Shown in pieces: positions 52,974-64,000 of a stretch of 64,000 nt of DNA (its first letter is position 1; every line of letters starts with the position of its first letter). The stretch lies in contig OZ024742.1 in the NCBI GenBank assembly GCA_964016885.1, forward strand, positions 188,356,001 through 188,420,000, in the 5' to 3' direction. The notes under the pieces were generated by a model. The model saw nothing but the letters and a program-made list of their open reading frames with translations. It was not told the DNA's origin and made no database searches. The translations under genes were made by a program, and so were the position numbers. Origin of the DNA: Eledone cirrhosa. Taxonomy: Eukaryota.

Positions 52974-53383
52974 GGTGGATTGGCACTGTCGGTAGAGGGT
53001 CGGACACCATGCTTTCCAGCATAGTTACGTCCCTTTACGACCTGCGTTCAAATCCCGCTGAGATTAACTTTGCCTTTCATCCTTACGGGGTCGATAGAAT
53101 AAAGTACCAGTAATGCACTGAGATAATTGTCAGCCTTGTGCCAAAGGTGGAAACAATTATTACAGGTGGTATAAGAACAGTAGATGGGCAGTATTGCTAG
53201 AACGTCAGCCATTTGCTCCGCGAGATAGTACAGATTTTGAGTTCAAATCCCTCCGAGTTTAGCTTTGCCTTTCATCCTTACCAGGTCGTTAAAATGAAGT
53301 ACTACTAACGCAGTGAGGTCGTTTTAATCGACATTCTCCTCCCACAAAAATTATTGGCATTGTGCCAAAATCAGAAACCATTA
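52974..53383 (+). mobile_element. Two tandem SINE copies (one young, one diverged)
   Basis: 52974-53160 near consensus; ~53165-53383 diverged with the same core. Confidence 0.8.
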
Positions 53384-53922
53384 ATATAGATGGTATTTCA
53401 AATATTGTGATCAAGCTCATATAAATATAAATAACTCTCCATACATGTAACATTTGTCATTTCTATTTTGACTTTTATTACAATATATTATATTATATTA
53501 TATTATATTATATTATATTATATTATATTATATTATATTCATCTATATATAAACTCTAATATTCGTTGCTTTTCAAATATTTCTCACTCACTGGATATTG
53601 TGCTGACGCTTTCACTATAATATATTACATAACACTTTCTATTATTGCATTTCTTCTTTATTTCTTGCTTTCACTTACTCTGTAGGGGAGTGGAATAAGC
53701 GGGATGGGGGTGGGAGGTGTGATAAAACGGGGTTTGGGAATAAGCGGGGGGGGGGGGTGAACAAAATCTGAAAAATTAATAAGTGGCGGACAGGATGATT
53801 GTTCGAGATTCGAGAGTAGGTGAATATAATATTACTGTTACCAGTTAAAGTTTGAACGCTTCTTTTTAAATGCCATTAATAAAGGTACGCAAATGTTCGT
53901 ACATCATGCTATTTATATGATA

Positions 53923-54985
53923 CTAGCCGTTTAGTCTGGCGTTGCTCGGGTTGTTCATTTGCTATGAAAAGTACATACAGGTAAACGTGGCTTGCAAGCG
54001 GATAAGCTTATCAATTAAGTGCATAAAGCAGTTGAACCGCTTATTAAAAGTTACGAACCAATTAGCATTTTGGACAATCAATGATGGGTTAATAATCTTC
54101 CAATAGCGAATTGATCAGACCAAAGTTGCAAGATCGTGGCGCTGATGCCGCTGGGTGTCAGATCTGTCCGCCTTGGGTGACCCTACCAGGAAATAGTTTT
54201 CCAGACGGTATAGCTCCAACACCTCCAACACCTGCACCAACATCTATAGCACCTCTTTGAGGATGATATTGTGTGTCATCCCTTGAGGAGTGTAAGCAAA
54301 CAGTCCTTTCCTGCTCCCTACGCGGGAACAGGCAACATAAAGTTGGCCATGGGAGAAGCATTGCTCCCTCAAATGGATGCCCGCCTTCGACAATGTTTAC
54401 CCTTGTGACTTGTTAATGGACATGGCAAAACATGGTATCACCGGGAATTGGAATCGCCGGAAATCGAACGGGATATCTGACGCCGAGGGGAAAAGGTTCA
54501 TCCTTGGCAGTGTATTCGGCAGAATTGCCAGAAGTACAACACTATGGGTGTTGTCATATTAATATTTAACCAATGAAAGTCGTAAAAAATAAATAATTTA
54601 AACATTCCGATTCATATGTCTATAGCATTAATATGTTATATGAAGTGTTATTTTGCGGGTTGTTATTTGCAATAAGCCGATTGAAAATGCCCCAGATAAG
54701 CCGTATGTCAATACGGAACGCTCAATACAGAACGCTCCACTGCAGTGTTGTCATATAGGGAGTGAAGAGCGACAGAGAGAGTAAAGCAGTTAAATTATAG
54801 AGAGGGGTAATGATCATGATCGATGTTTGCCTTTATTGTTGATGGATTTAAGATGTGTTTGCTTCATCACCTTTTCCTGACCAAAAGGAATAATTGTCCC
54901 GACTTTGAATAGAATCCGTTGGAAATTGTGGACGTGAATCCGTTACAAACCTTTACACAAACATCCTCAGATTTATATATATAGA
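53923..54985 (-). mobile_element. Non-autonomous Helitron with an internal helicase remnant
   Basis: Minus strand starts TCtatatatataaatc (54985) and ends cccgagcaacgccagac..CTAG|t (53923). Confidence 0.75.
54244..54507 (-). pseudogene. Helitron PIF1-like helicase C-terminus, one in-frame stop
   Basis: PRMNLFPSASDIPFDFRRFQFPVIPCFAMSINKSQG*TLSKAGIHLREQCFSHGQLYVACSRV...KEVL*. Confidence 0.88.
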
Positions 54986-55400
54986 CTAGCAGAGGTACCC
55001 GGCGTTGCTTGGGTATTAAATAGCAGTTATGTTACCATTTCTGTCAATACTTCAGTGCTGCTTCGGAAACTATACTTTTACAAAATCTCCTGTTTTATCC
55101 AATAGGGTTTCCCCTACTCAATATGTGCCAAATCTGAGAGTTCACATTCATCTGTAGAACAAACGTAGCCCATGTGGCAAGTTTTGTGAAAATCGGTTGC
55201 GAACTCCAGAAGTCATGACGTTTTGTTGCATTGCACTGCAGTGCTTCAGTCGACTCCAAGGAAGTGGTTAAAGGGGGTTATCTGCCGGGAGGCCCTACAA
55301 TCAATATCTGGAAAAATAAAAGTGCTCATGACCATCCGGAGTACATAAGTAAACTATGTCTTAAATTTGGTGAAAATACTGTAGAAATGCATAATGTTTA
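54986..55400 (-). mobile_element. 3' part of a second Helitron abutting the first
   Basis: Minus acccaagcaacgccgggt hairpin + CTAG joined directly to the TC start of 53923-54985; far boundary uncertain. Confidence 0.6.
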
Positions 55401-55526
55401 CACACACGCACGCGCGCGTGTTTCTGTGTGTGTGTGCGTATGTATATGTATGTCTATGTCCGTCGGCGCATACGTATGTACTGGCCTAAATCTTCATTAT
55501 TTACTTTTACTATGTTAAGGCAAAGT

Positions 55527-55636
55527 TAAAATCCCATCGAGGTTAACTTTGCCTTTCATCCATACGGGGTCGATAAAATAAAGTACCAGTAATGTACTGG
55601 GTATTTGCTGGCCTTGTGCCAAAAGTAGAAACAACT
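55527..55636 (+). mobile_element. 5'-truncated SINE
   Basis: SINE core and 3' tail. Confidence 0.8.
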
Positions 55637-56089
55637 ATTTTAATAACCTCTGTCATTTTCGTTTACAATTTTGTTTACACCATTCTTAAACTCCGGGGCT
55701 GGAAATAATTCGGTTATCTTAAATAGAATATTAGTCTAACGACTCCATTTACACCATAAACTTGGTCTTGTCTTTGCATGGAATTGTTCTTTGCGGTCCA
55801 CATAACGACGTATTATCCTCGCTTAATAGATTTAACTCTTACTAGAACTCTGCACCAACACACACGCGCGCACGTATACACAACGCACGCATGTTAATTA
55901 GTTATAGCATTCCTTCCCTTCTTCCACTGTCATGTATCAAACACAGCGTCTGTCGATCTCCCTCTCTCTCTCCCGCTATCCCCCTTTTAGTCTGTCTTTT
56001 CTTTCACTCTCACTCTTTCTTTTTCATTTTTATAGATATAGAGATTTTTTTCTGTGCAAAGTCGTACCTATAGTCAGATTAATCGATTT

Positions 56090-57576
56090 CACTGGTCTGC
56101 GATGTTTTCAAGGTCTAACATATAATACATGATTTTAGGCCAGTTTTTTTGCACTGAATCCAATAATCATGCTCATTTTACTCAATCAGATCAGGTTAAT
56201 GAAATATTAGCACATTAAAAATATCCTAAATTCCGATCTATTTGTAGGTGAATAAAACGCAATATTGAAAATATTAGACTGATTTATTCATATAATGCTG
56301 GTCATCAGCACGGCTATCCCATAAGCAGGGAAAGCATGGATACTTTGTGTAACCACCTTGAAGTCCTAGGACGAGTCCAACAACTTTAAGATCTCCACAG
56401 ATCAACCATTTATGTTTCTGGTAGTTCAGAGCAGACAACAGACGTTCCATGCTTTTGTGGGATTCTTTCATTTCAACTGAGTGCCCAACAGGGATCGATG
56501 AAAACTTGTTTCCGATATTCAGAAGAACTGCTTTGAGACTTCTGTTAGATGAGTCAATGAAAAATCTCCATTCCATAGCATCATACTTCAGACCAAGTAA
56601 TTCAATCAGGTCAGCAATATTGCTACAGTAGACCAGTGAAGATGCTTCATCAAACATGAAGAATTTTCTAAATTCTCTCTCGCGGTCTCGATACCAATAG
56701 AATGTTGTTCCTGGTGCCAGTAGACGTTTCTCTCGAAGACGAAAACCCAGTAGCTGGGCAGACTCCTTCGAAAGGTTCAGGTCTCGTGTCAGGTCATTGA
56801 GTTCGGCTTGGGTCAAAGGCACCGGTTGGTCGTCCTCTTCTGACCTGTATTCATCACACTTAGCTGTATCAATCATGTCACTAGATTCGGAATCAGAACT
56901 AGATTCCATGGTGACATTTGGCTCAGGAACAGGAAGATCGGGGCCATGGGGGACTGGCTTTATGGCAGAAGGAACATTAGGGTATTGAACATGGTGCTTG
57001 TTCTTGCGATTGATGCCTTTTATATTTGCATGCAAAAGTAGCAGTCGGTAACGTGATCTTTCCCTTCCCTCCACACCATTGGGACACCAAATGGCATACT
57101 CTTCCTTTTCTTGTTCCTCCAATCCCGTAAGTTCTCTACACATGTTTTGCAGCAGATATGGGGAGCGAATAGCTTATCCTGGTCCCCTAGTTTGACTCCA
57201 AAGTAAGCGTGATATGCCTTCTTCACAAAACCCGTGATTTTTGCTTGACGGTCTGGAAGAACCACATGTCCGCAGATGTAACAGAACCTATTAGCATGGT
57301 TTTTACACTTCCGATCCATTTTTCTAGACCTGAAAAGAGAAATAAAAATAATTATAAAAGGTTACCCACGATCCGGTTTTGCAAAAGTAAAGCCCATAAA
57401 CGCTTGGATTGCGATATTTTAGAAAAATATGCTGGAAAAGAAATAGACTATATCTTAGAAACCAGACCTGACCCAGAAAAATAAACTGTATTTTTGAATT
57501 CAACATACAAAAAGGGTCCTAAATCATTTGGAAAACCCTTGACCTTTTTAAAAAAGTTTTGAAACGCAGACCAGTT
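56090..57576 (-). mobile_element. Chapaev3-like DNA transposon, internally deleted
   Basis: TIRs cactggtctgcg / cgcagaccagt; transposase pieces 57020-57319 (FCYICG..AYFG..DQDK..APH.CCKTC..PMVWRE..DCYFC) and 56274-~57025 (ELNDLTRDLNLSKE, WRFFIDSS, ICGDLKV, YPCFPCLWDSR). Family name from motif recall. Confidence 0.72.
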
Positions 57577-58043
57577 TTTTTTTTTATCTGGGCAAAGGGG
57601 AAGTCGATTATTTGCAATGTCGTGCCGTCTAGCCCTGATGAGTTTGTGGTTGATTACAAAAAAAAATTTGAAAATCGGCCTTGCGGATCAAAAGTTGCTG
57701 CGGAACAGACACACACAGACAGACGGACATTTTCATTTTTATAGATATAGATTCTTAAACTCCGGGGCTGGAAATCATTCGGTTATTTTAAATAGAATAT
57801 TAGTCTAACGACTCCATTTACACCATACACTTGGTCTTGTCTTTGCATGAAATTTTTCTTCTCGGTGCACATAACGACGTATTATCCTCGGTTAATAGTC
57901 AGTTTTATCGATTTTTTTACCTGGACAAAGGCGGTGTCGATCATTCGCGATGTCGTGTCGACCTGCCCTGATAGGTTTGTGGTTGATTACAAAAAAAGTT
58001 TTGAAAATAGGCCTTGCAGATCAAAAGTTGCTGCGGAACAAAC

Positions 58044-58076
<33 letters not shown>

Positions 58077-58109
58077 CAGGCACACATTGTCATTTTTATA
58101 GATATAGAT
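57577..58109 (-). repeat. Tandem Helitron-like 5'-end units
   Basis: 57577-57750 matches 57910-58109, both ending ttttatagatataga; 57750-57897 matches 55682-55828. Confidence 0.6.
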
Positions 58110-58274
58110 AATGACGTTTTCAATGGAATCGGTTCTTTAAATATTTTACACGTTCTCTGATGACAGAAGGATGCGCACAAGAAATTGGTTAGAATATACG
58201 TAACGATACGTATTCTGAAAATGGGGCTTTTAGCATTGTTTACTTCACATCGTTTCTTTCCTTCTTGTGAAATA

Positions 58275-58451
58275 ATTGTTTCTACTTTAGGCCAGCAATT
58301 ACCCAGTGCATCACTGGTACTTTATTTTATCGACCCCGTAAGGATGAAAGGCAAAGTCAACCTCGGCGGGATTTGAACTCAGATCGTAAAGGGAGGTAAC
58401 TATGCTGGAAAGCATGGCGTCCGACCCTCTACCGATACTGCCAATCCACCG
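58275..58451 (-). mobile_element. tRNA-derived SINE, full length, with TSD
   Basis: ccttcttgtgaaataat on both sides. Confidence 0.92.
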
Positions 58452-58507
58452 TCCTTCTTGTGAAATAATGTTGGCCTCTTGCTCACAATAATTTCTATAT
58501 TTTCATT

Positions 58508-58567
<60 letters not shown>

Positions 58568-58574
<7 letters not shown>

Positions 58575-59415
58575 TGAATATAAAAGAAAAACGAACACAG
58601 ATATATACATATATGTGTTCAAATCGTAAGGGACCAGATTAGCTAAGGTGAAAAGAATACTAACTATAGAAATACGGTTTGCCTGACTCAATTTAAGAAT
58701 AAATCAAGAAAATAAATACAAACCGGAATTGTGGTAACTACCAATCACTCAGACAGCTTTGGTACTGCTGTTTCGCAACATTAATTGGTCCCTTACGATT
58801 TGAACACATATATATGTATATCGGTGTTCGTTTTTCTTTTATATTCAATTATAATATACGGCTCGGAAAAATCTCTTTCCTAGAGCTATTTTATTGTAAG
58901 AGACTATTTTGAGTTTCTAACTCAATATATACCTTTGATATATTCGGCTCCGTTAATTAGTTGAGCTAATTCAAATGTCGTATAAACCTGGCTGCTACTT
59001 TTATTGGTGCGTTATTATATATACGCACACTGTTCAGTTTTTTAATATACTTAGAAGTGTCTAGGATACTAAATGTTCATCCACTAATAAGCAAGAATTG
59101 GTATTCCTATTTACTATCAATGTTGCAAAACAGCAGTACTAAAGCTGTCTGGGTGATTGGTAGTTACCACAGTTCCGGTTTGTATTTATTTTCTTGATTT
59201 ATTCTTAAATTCAGTCAGGCAAACCCTATTGTCTATAGTTAGTATTCTTTTCACCTTAGCGAATCTGGTCCCTTACGATTTGAACACATATATGTATATA
59301 TCGGTGTAAGTTTTTCTTTTCTATTCAATTATAATATACGACTCGGAAAATGTCTTCCTAGAGGTATTTTATTGTAAGAGACTATTTTGAGTTTCTAACT
59401 CAATATATACCTTTG

Positions 59416-59420
<5 letters not shown>
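58568..59420 (+). mobile_element. PLE-like end with inverted and partial-tandem pseudo-LTR copies
   Basis: 58568-58782 is the reverse complement of ~59120-59333; 58785-58942 is directly repeated at ~59266-59420. Confidence 0.75.
59077..59156 (+). ncRNA. Type I HHR, stems intact, core decayed
   Basis: tcatcca-CTAATAA-gcaa..ttgc-AAAA-cagc..gctg-TC-tgggtga; the inverted arm keeps GAAA (tttc near 58771-58774). Confidence 0.6.
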
Positions 59421-59498
<78 letters not shown>

Positions 59499-60158
59499 CG
59501 CGTGTGTGCTCGTGTGTGTGTGTGTATGTGCATGTGCACGTGTGTATATGTGTATGTGTGTGTGTGTATGTAAAAGTTAAACAGATATAACAACACAATC
59601 GGTACAGTATATGGAAGGGATATATTAGGTTAACGCTTGATATAGCAGGAAGAGGATCTTAACGTTACGGACGCTAGTCCTTTATTAGAAGAAAGAATGA
59701 GAAATAAAATAGATTGAGGGGACGGGCAGGATGAAATTAGAAAAAATGTCTTTAGATAGAAATAACAGGTCCATTGATGTTGACATCTCTTGCAAAACTG
59801 TTGGTGCTGGCGTTTTGTGTATGATTTGTTTGTTGAAAAGTGGATGATGGAGCGCGTCTACCTGAAATGTAAAAAAAAAACGTTTTGTAAAAAGAGCTAT
59901 ACTTGTGCGTAAGCATGTGTGTGTGTGCAAAACGTAGACGGAAACAACAACCAAAGCAAAAGAGTACAGCAATATGAAATATTATTTTAATGCTTTATAT
60001 AGTAGGCTAGGTAAAGTGCATTTACATTTCGGACTCAAGTCTTTCATCAGAAGTTTTAATGAGAACAAAAAAAACAAGATGAAAAAGAGAGAAAGTGAGA
60101 AATGGAATCAAAAGAAACAAAAAAAATTGAGAACAAACACACACACACACACACACAC

Positions 60159-60215
<57 letters not shown>

Positions 60216-60245
60216 AAAAAAAATTGAGAACAAACACACACACAC

Positions 60246-60286
<41 letters not shown>

Positions 60287-60433
60287 TAGATAAATCTACC
60301 AAGAGTTTACGGTAGTGTCCAATCCGTATGAAGAACTCAGTGTAATCCGGATATCATGGAAAGAAGAGATGCATTCAAAATCACTTTCGGTGAAAGCTAA
60401 ACGGAATACAGAGTCAAGATAAAGTATAATAAT

Positions 60434-60488
<55 letters not shown>

Positions 60489-60597
60489 GTGTGTGTGTGT
60501 GTGTGTGTGTGTTTGTTCTCAATTTTTTTTTTTGTTTCTTTTGATTCCACTTCTCACTTTCTCTCTTTTTCATATTGTTTTATATAAATATATATAT

Positions 60598-60642
60598 TTC
60601 CTGATGATTTCTAATGAATGAAACAGTTCTAGTCCTGTAGAA
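60598..60642 (+). ncRNA. Type I HHR, intact core, family B mini-insertion in (TA)n
   Basis: ttc-CTGATGA-t-ttc-taat-gaa-t-GAAA-cag-ttctagtc-ctg-TA-gaa. Confidence 0.72.
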
Positions 60643-60684
60643 TCTCATCTATATGTATATATATATATATGTATACATATTTTA

Positions 60685-60878
60685 AAAAAAGAAAAGAATG
60701 ACTTCACTTGTAATTCTAAAAAAATTGATTTAACTTTATAATATTATGCTTAGGTAGATCTACCAAATCATAATATTATGAAATTAAATCCAATTATTTA
60801 GAACTGGAAGTGAAGCCATTATTTCCTTTTTTTAAATATACCTAACTTTACCAAGGATTTCACACATTTTCCAATATA
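60685..60878. mobile_element. Short fold-back + tail relative of 33069-34158
   Basis: aatgacttcacttg ... aagtgaagccatt, then aatatacctaactttaccaaggatttcacacattttccaat. Confidence 0.72.
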
Positions 60879-60891
60879 TCAATATATATAT

Positions 60892-61060
60892 AATTGTTTC
60901 TACTTTTTGGCTCAAGGCCAGCAATTATATCAGTGCATTACTGGTACATTATTTTATCGACCCCGTAAGGATGAAAGGCAAAGTTAACCTCGGCGGTATT
61001 TGAACTCAGTCCGTAATGGGACGTAGCTATGCTGCAAAGCATGGCGTCCGACCCTCTATC
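60892..61060 (-). mobile_element. tRNA-derived SINE
   Basis: Family consensus on minus strand. Confidence 0.85.
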
Positions 61061-61289
61061 GATATATATATAATATATGTTCCATATAGATATAACTTAT
61101 ACAACACTGGACCTGTTTTTCAAACGAATGAAATATTTCTATTCTTGTAGAATTCATACCTATATAGAATAAAGATGTACCTTCTGTATAATGTATTGTG
61201 TAACTTAAATAACCGTGGCTCATTTCAGCTCCACTTCGGAAATCCATTCGTAATTATACACACGTACACACTCGCGTACGACCACCCAC

Positions 61290-61373
<84 letters not shown>

Positions 61374-61867
61374 CACACACACAGATTTCACAAATCAATC
61401 GAAGAAATTATTGTACACGGAAATCGATTGCGTTGTCTACAGTGGAACAGAATTTAATTTCCTGAATTTTAATCATAAATGTTACCAGAATCTTTGATAG
61501 TAATCATGCAATTGATGGAGCTGAAAGCGGTGCATACACACACTCACACATAGACACACACAGACACACACACACGCACACGCACACACACCCACACACC
61601 CACACACACAGATATATACATGTATATATATACACATATATATATATGTATATATATATACATATATACACATATATGTACGTCTGTATACATATATGTA
61701 TGTACGTATACATGCATACTTACATTTAAGTAAGTGTCATACTAAGAGTGAGAAATGAAATTTCGTTTTCATTTTGTTTCAATTCACATATATATATATA
61801 TACATATATACATATATTATATGCCTCCTGTGTTTTGTTCGTTCATTTTCAACTATATATATATATA

Positions 61868-62039
61868 GTAATAATAATACATTTGAAGACTAAAATCCAA
61901 AGAGGGCTCGATAAGGATAAATATATATCAAATATATAAGAACCGTAGAGCAAATATTTATTAAAATAACAGATTCAAGATTCAGAAGATCCCGTTAAGG
62001 GTGAAAGCAGCGATTCTTTGCTTAAACTTTAATCTGTTA

Positions 62040-62047
<8 letters not shown>
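61868..62047. mobile_element. Fold-back + tail element with an HHR cut inside its core
   Basis: tattaaaataacagatt / aatctgttattttaata; plus arm ca|GAAGA-t-ccc-gttaa-ggg-t-GAAA-gca..tgc-TT. Confidence 0.55.
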
Positions 62048-62106
<59 letters not shown>

Positions 62107-62360
62107 GTGGAACACTGGAAGGTAATATCCGTAGTGGTAGAGCACTCAGTCCAAGGGACTTACAAGGCTCCGGACTGATTCATTGTAATTTTATTTTTTA
62201 TTTTTTTTATTTATTTTCAACCATAAAACTTTCCGGACTTTCGCAGTTATCTTCCTTACACTCCCCGCACGCAGTCTAGTATTGCCTGTGTGAAGTGACC
62301 GAGTTTCTGCGCATGCGCGTTGGTACGGTTGTCCTTCCTGTTCCTATAACCATACACATC

Positions 62361-62400
62361 CCGAGCTGAAGATTCGCGAAGGTGAAACAATTGTTCTCGG
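62361..62400 (+). ncRNA. Minimal type I HHR, intact core
   Basis: ccgag-CTGAAGA-ttcgcgaaggt-GAAA-caattg-TT-ctcgg; 5-bp stem I, palindromic stem III, weak stem II. Confidence 0.75.
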
Positions 62401-62428
62401 CGTGGTGAACTAACTGTTGTGTAACCAC

Positions 62429-62462
<34 letters not shown>

Positions 62463-62502
62463 CTATATGTTTATACATATATACATATTTATCTCTCTCT
62501 AC

Positions 62503-62534
<32 letters not shown>

Positions 62535-62540
<6 letters not shown>

Positions 62541-62705
62541 AATGGCTTCCACAGGACTAGAACTGTTTCATTCGAAGGAAATCATCTGATTTCCTACATT
62601 AAAACAGATGTAGTCCTGTAGAAGTCATTTCTATATAAAATATGTATACTCTGCTATGTATTGACTACCTTACTTACTGTGGTTTCCCCGATTGAACCCC
62701 CGATA
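62535..62705. mobile_element. Fold-back + tail PLE-like end, family B (more diverged relative at ~61084-61240)
   Basis: Arms meet at atcatc|tgatttc, inside the HHR core; shared tail. Confidence 0.7.
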
Positions 62706-62738
62706 CATACACACACATACACACACACACACACACAC

Positions 62739-62787
<49 letters not shown>

Positions 62788-63514
62788 GCGCATACACTCA
62801 CCTACGCATACACACACACATATATATATATATATATGTGTGTGTATATGTCCAACTAAAAGGTGATAGACCGAGAGAATAAAATGTTTGAATACTTATG
62901 TTTGGTAAAATTGTTATGATGCCGGAGTTAATGATGATGATGATGATGATATTGATCGCGGTGGTGGTGATGATGATGATGGTGATGATGATGATGATGA
63001 TGGAAGTGAAAGTGATAGATTGTTTATTTGTAAAAATGTTCGTATGGTTGAATTGAATGTTTGCATGTCAGATTATTAGTATTTGTGTTGTGATGGTGAT
63101 GGTAATGGCGATAACGATGTTGATAATGTATTTAGTTTGAAATGTGTGTATCGTTTGAATGCTAGCATACGTTCTTACGAACACAACCCACTCTTGTTAA
63201 TTGATTTCAATGAAACGCTATTAATATTGCTACCGGGACTAATGTCACAACCACCAGCACACCATATGGAACTTGCTTGAAATAACATTTCTAAATATAT
63301 ATATATATCAAATTCACTTCGTATCGGTTAATCGAGGCGTCTATTTCCCTCCAAGCCAGCAAATATTTGTTTTGTCGATCAAGCTAGAGTGGTGTGTAGC
63401 AACCAACTATTCACTATGTTATACAACTAACTACTAACACACCTCCAGTTTAATAATATCTTAGATAATTAGTCTGGGATTACACATCGATATTTATAAT
63501 AATGTATTAATTTG

Positions 63515-63562
63515 ATTGACACGCGGTCATTGTCCTTTTTTTGTTTTTTGTTTTAGGTATGT
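63515..63562 (+). promoter_or_regulatory. Candidate recursive splice site
   Basis: ttgac...tgtcctttttttgttttttgtttTAG|GTATGT. Confidence 0.5.
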
Positions 63563-64000
63563 AAAGGGCAGATTCTAACTGCAATTATCCACTGGTATAA
63601 TTTTTTCCGACAAAGGCGAAATCCTAACGTAGATCTGTATAACAGATTACTGTATATCTTTATATATATATAGGTATTTATAAAGGCAGTGACTCCGAAG
63701 TTAGAGGATTGCCTTCACAAAGATGAGATTACGAGCTCGATTTCCGGACAAGAAAATGCGTTGTTTCCTTCATCAAGACTGGTTATTTTACGTGTTTCTA
63801 CTTCTCTCATTTGCCGAGATTTAAATGGAAAGTATCAACGTACTCAATACAGTACGAGAATATATATTAGTTTGACGTTCTATATAGTAAGAAAACTCTT
63901 AATATTTCGGTACTTTTTCCTTCATCATAAAATAAAATAATAAATAAAACAAAAATAGAAAGATAGATGAGGAGGAAAGGGGGAAGTAACTGAAAAAAAA

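Noticed and set aside
57630-57680. CTGATGA...GAAA HHR-like string
   Set aside because: No stem I or III; the paralogous unit near 57968 reads CTGATAG

Overview
AT-rich, microsatellite-dense animal genomic DNA. The repeat content looks like an octopus/cephalopod genome (inference from memory, not a search). No multi-exon host gene is readable; the window may lie in a very long + strand intron. Main contents: (1) 3.2-15.4 kb, a nest of non-LTR retrotransposons in an (AAT)n microsatellite: R4/Dong-like RLE elements on +, L1/Tx1-like elements and a tRNA-derived SINE on -. (2) A separate Tx1-like copy with an open 870-aa ORF, CRE-like and RTE fragments, Helitrons, a Chapaev3-like transposon, small TIR elements and about 20 SINE copies. 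(3) The most interesting signal: many short elements in (TA)n tracts, often shaped as a fold-back palindrome plus a one-sided tail, carrying type I hammerhead ribozyme (HHR) folds from several unrelated families. Seven have an intact CUGAnGA/GAAA core and two have a U3-A8 variant core. Their inversion or truncation junctions repeatedly fall in or beside the HHR. They are best read as 3' ends of Penelope-like elements (PLEs). (4) Two candidate recursive splice sites (AG|GT) and a 13-nt candidate microexon on +. All alignments and folds were done by eye, so element boundaries are approximate.
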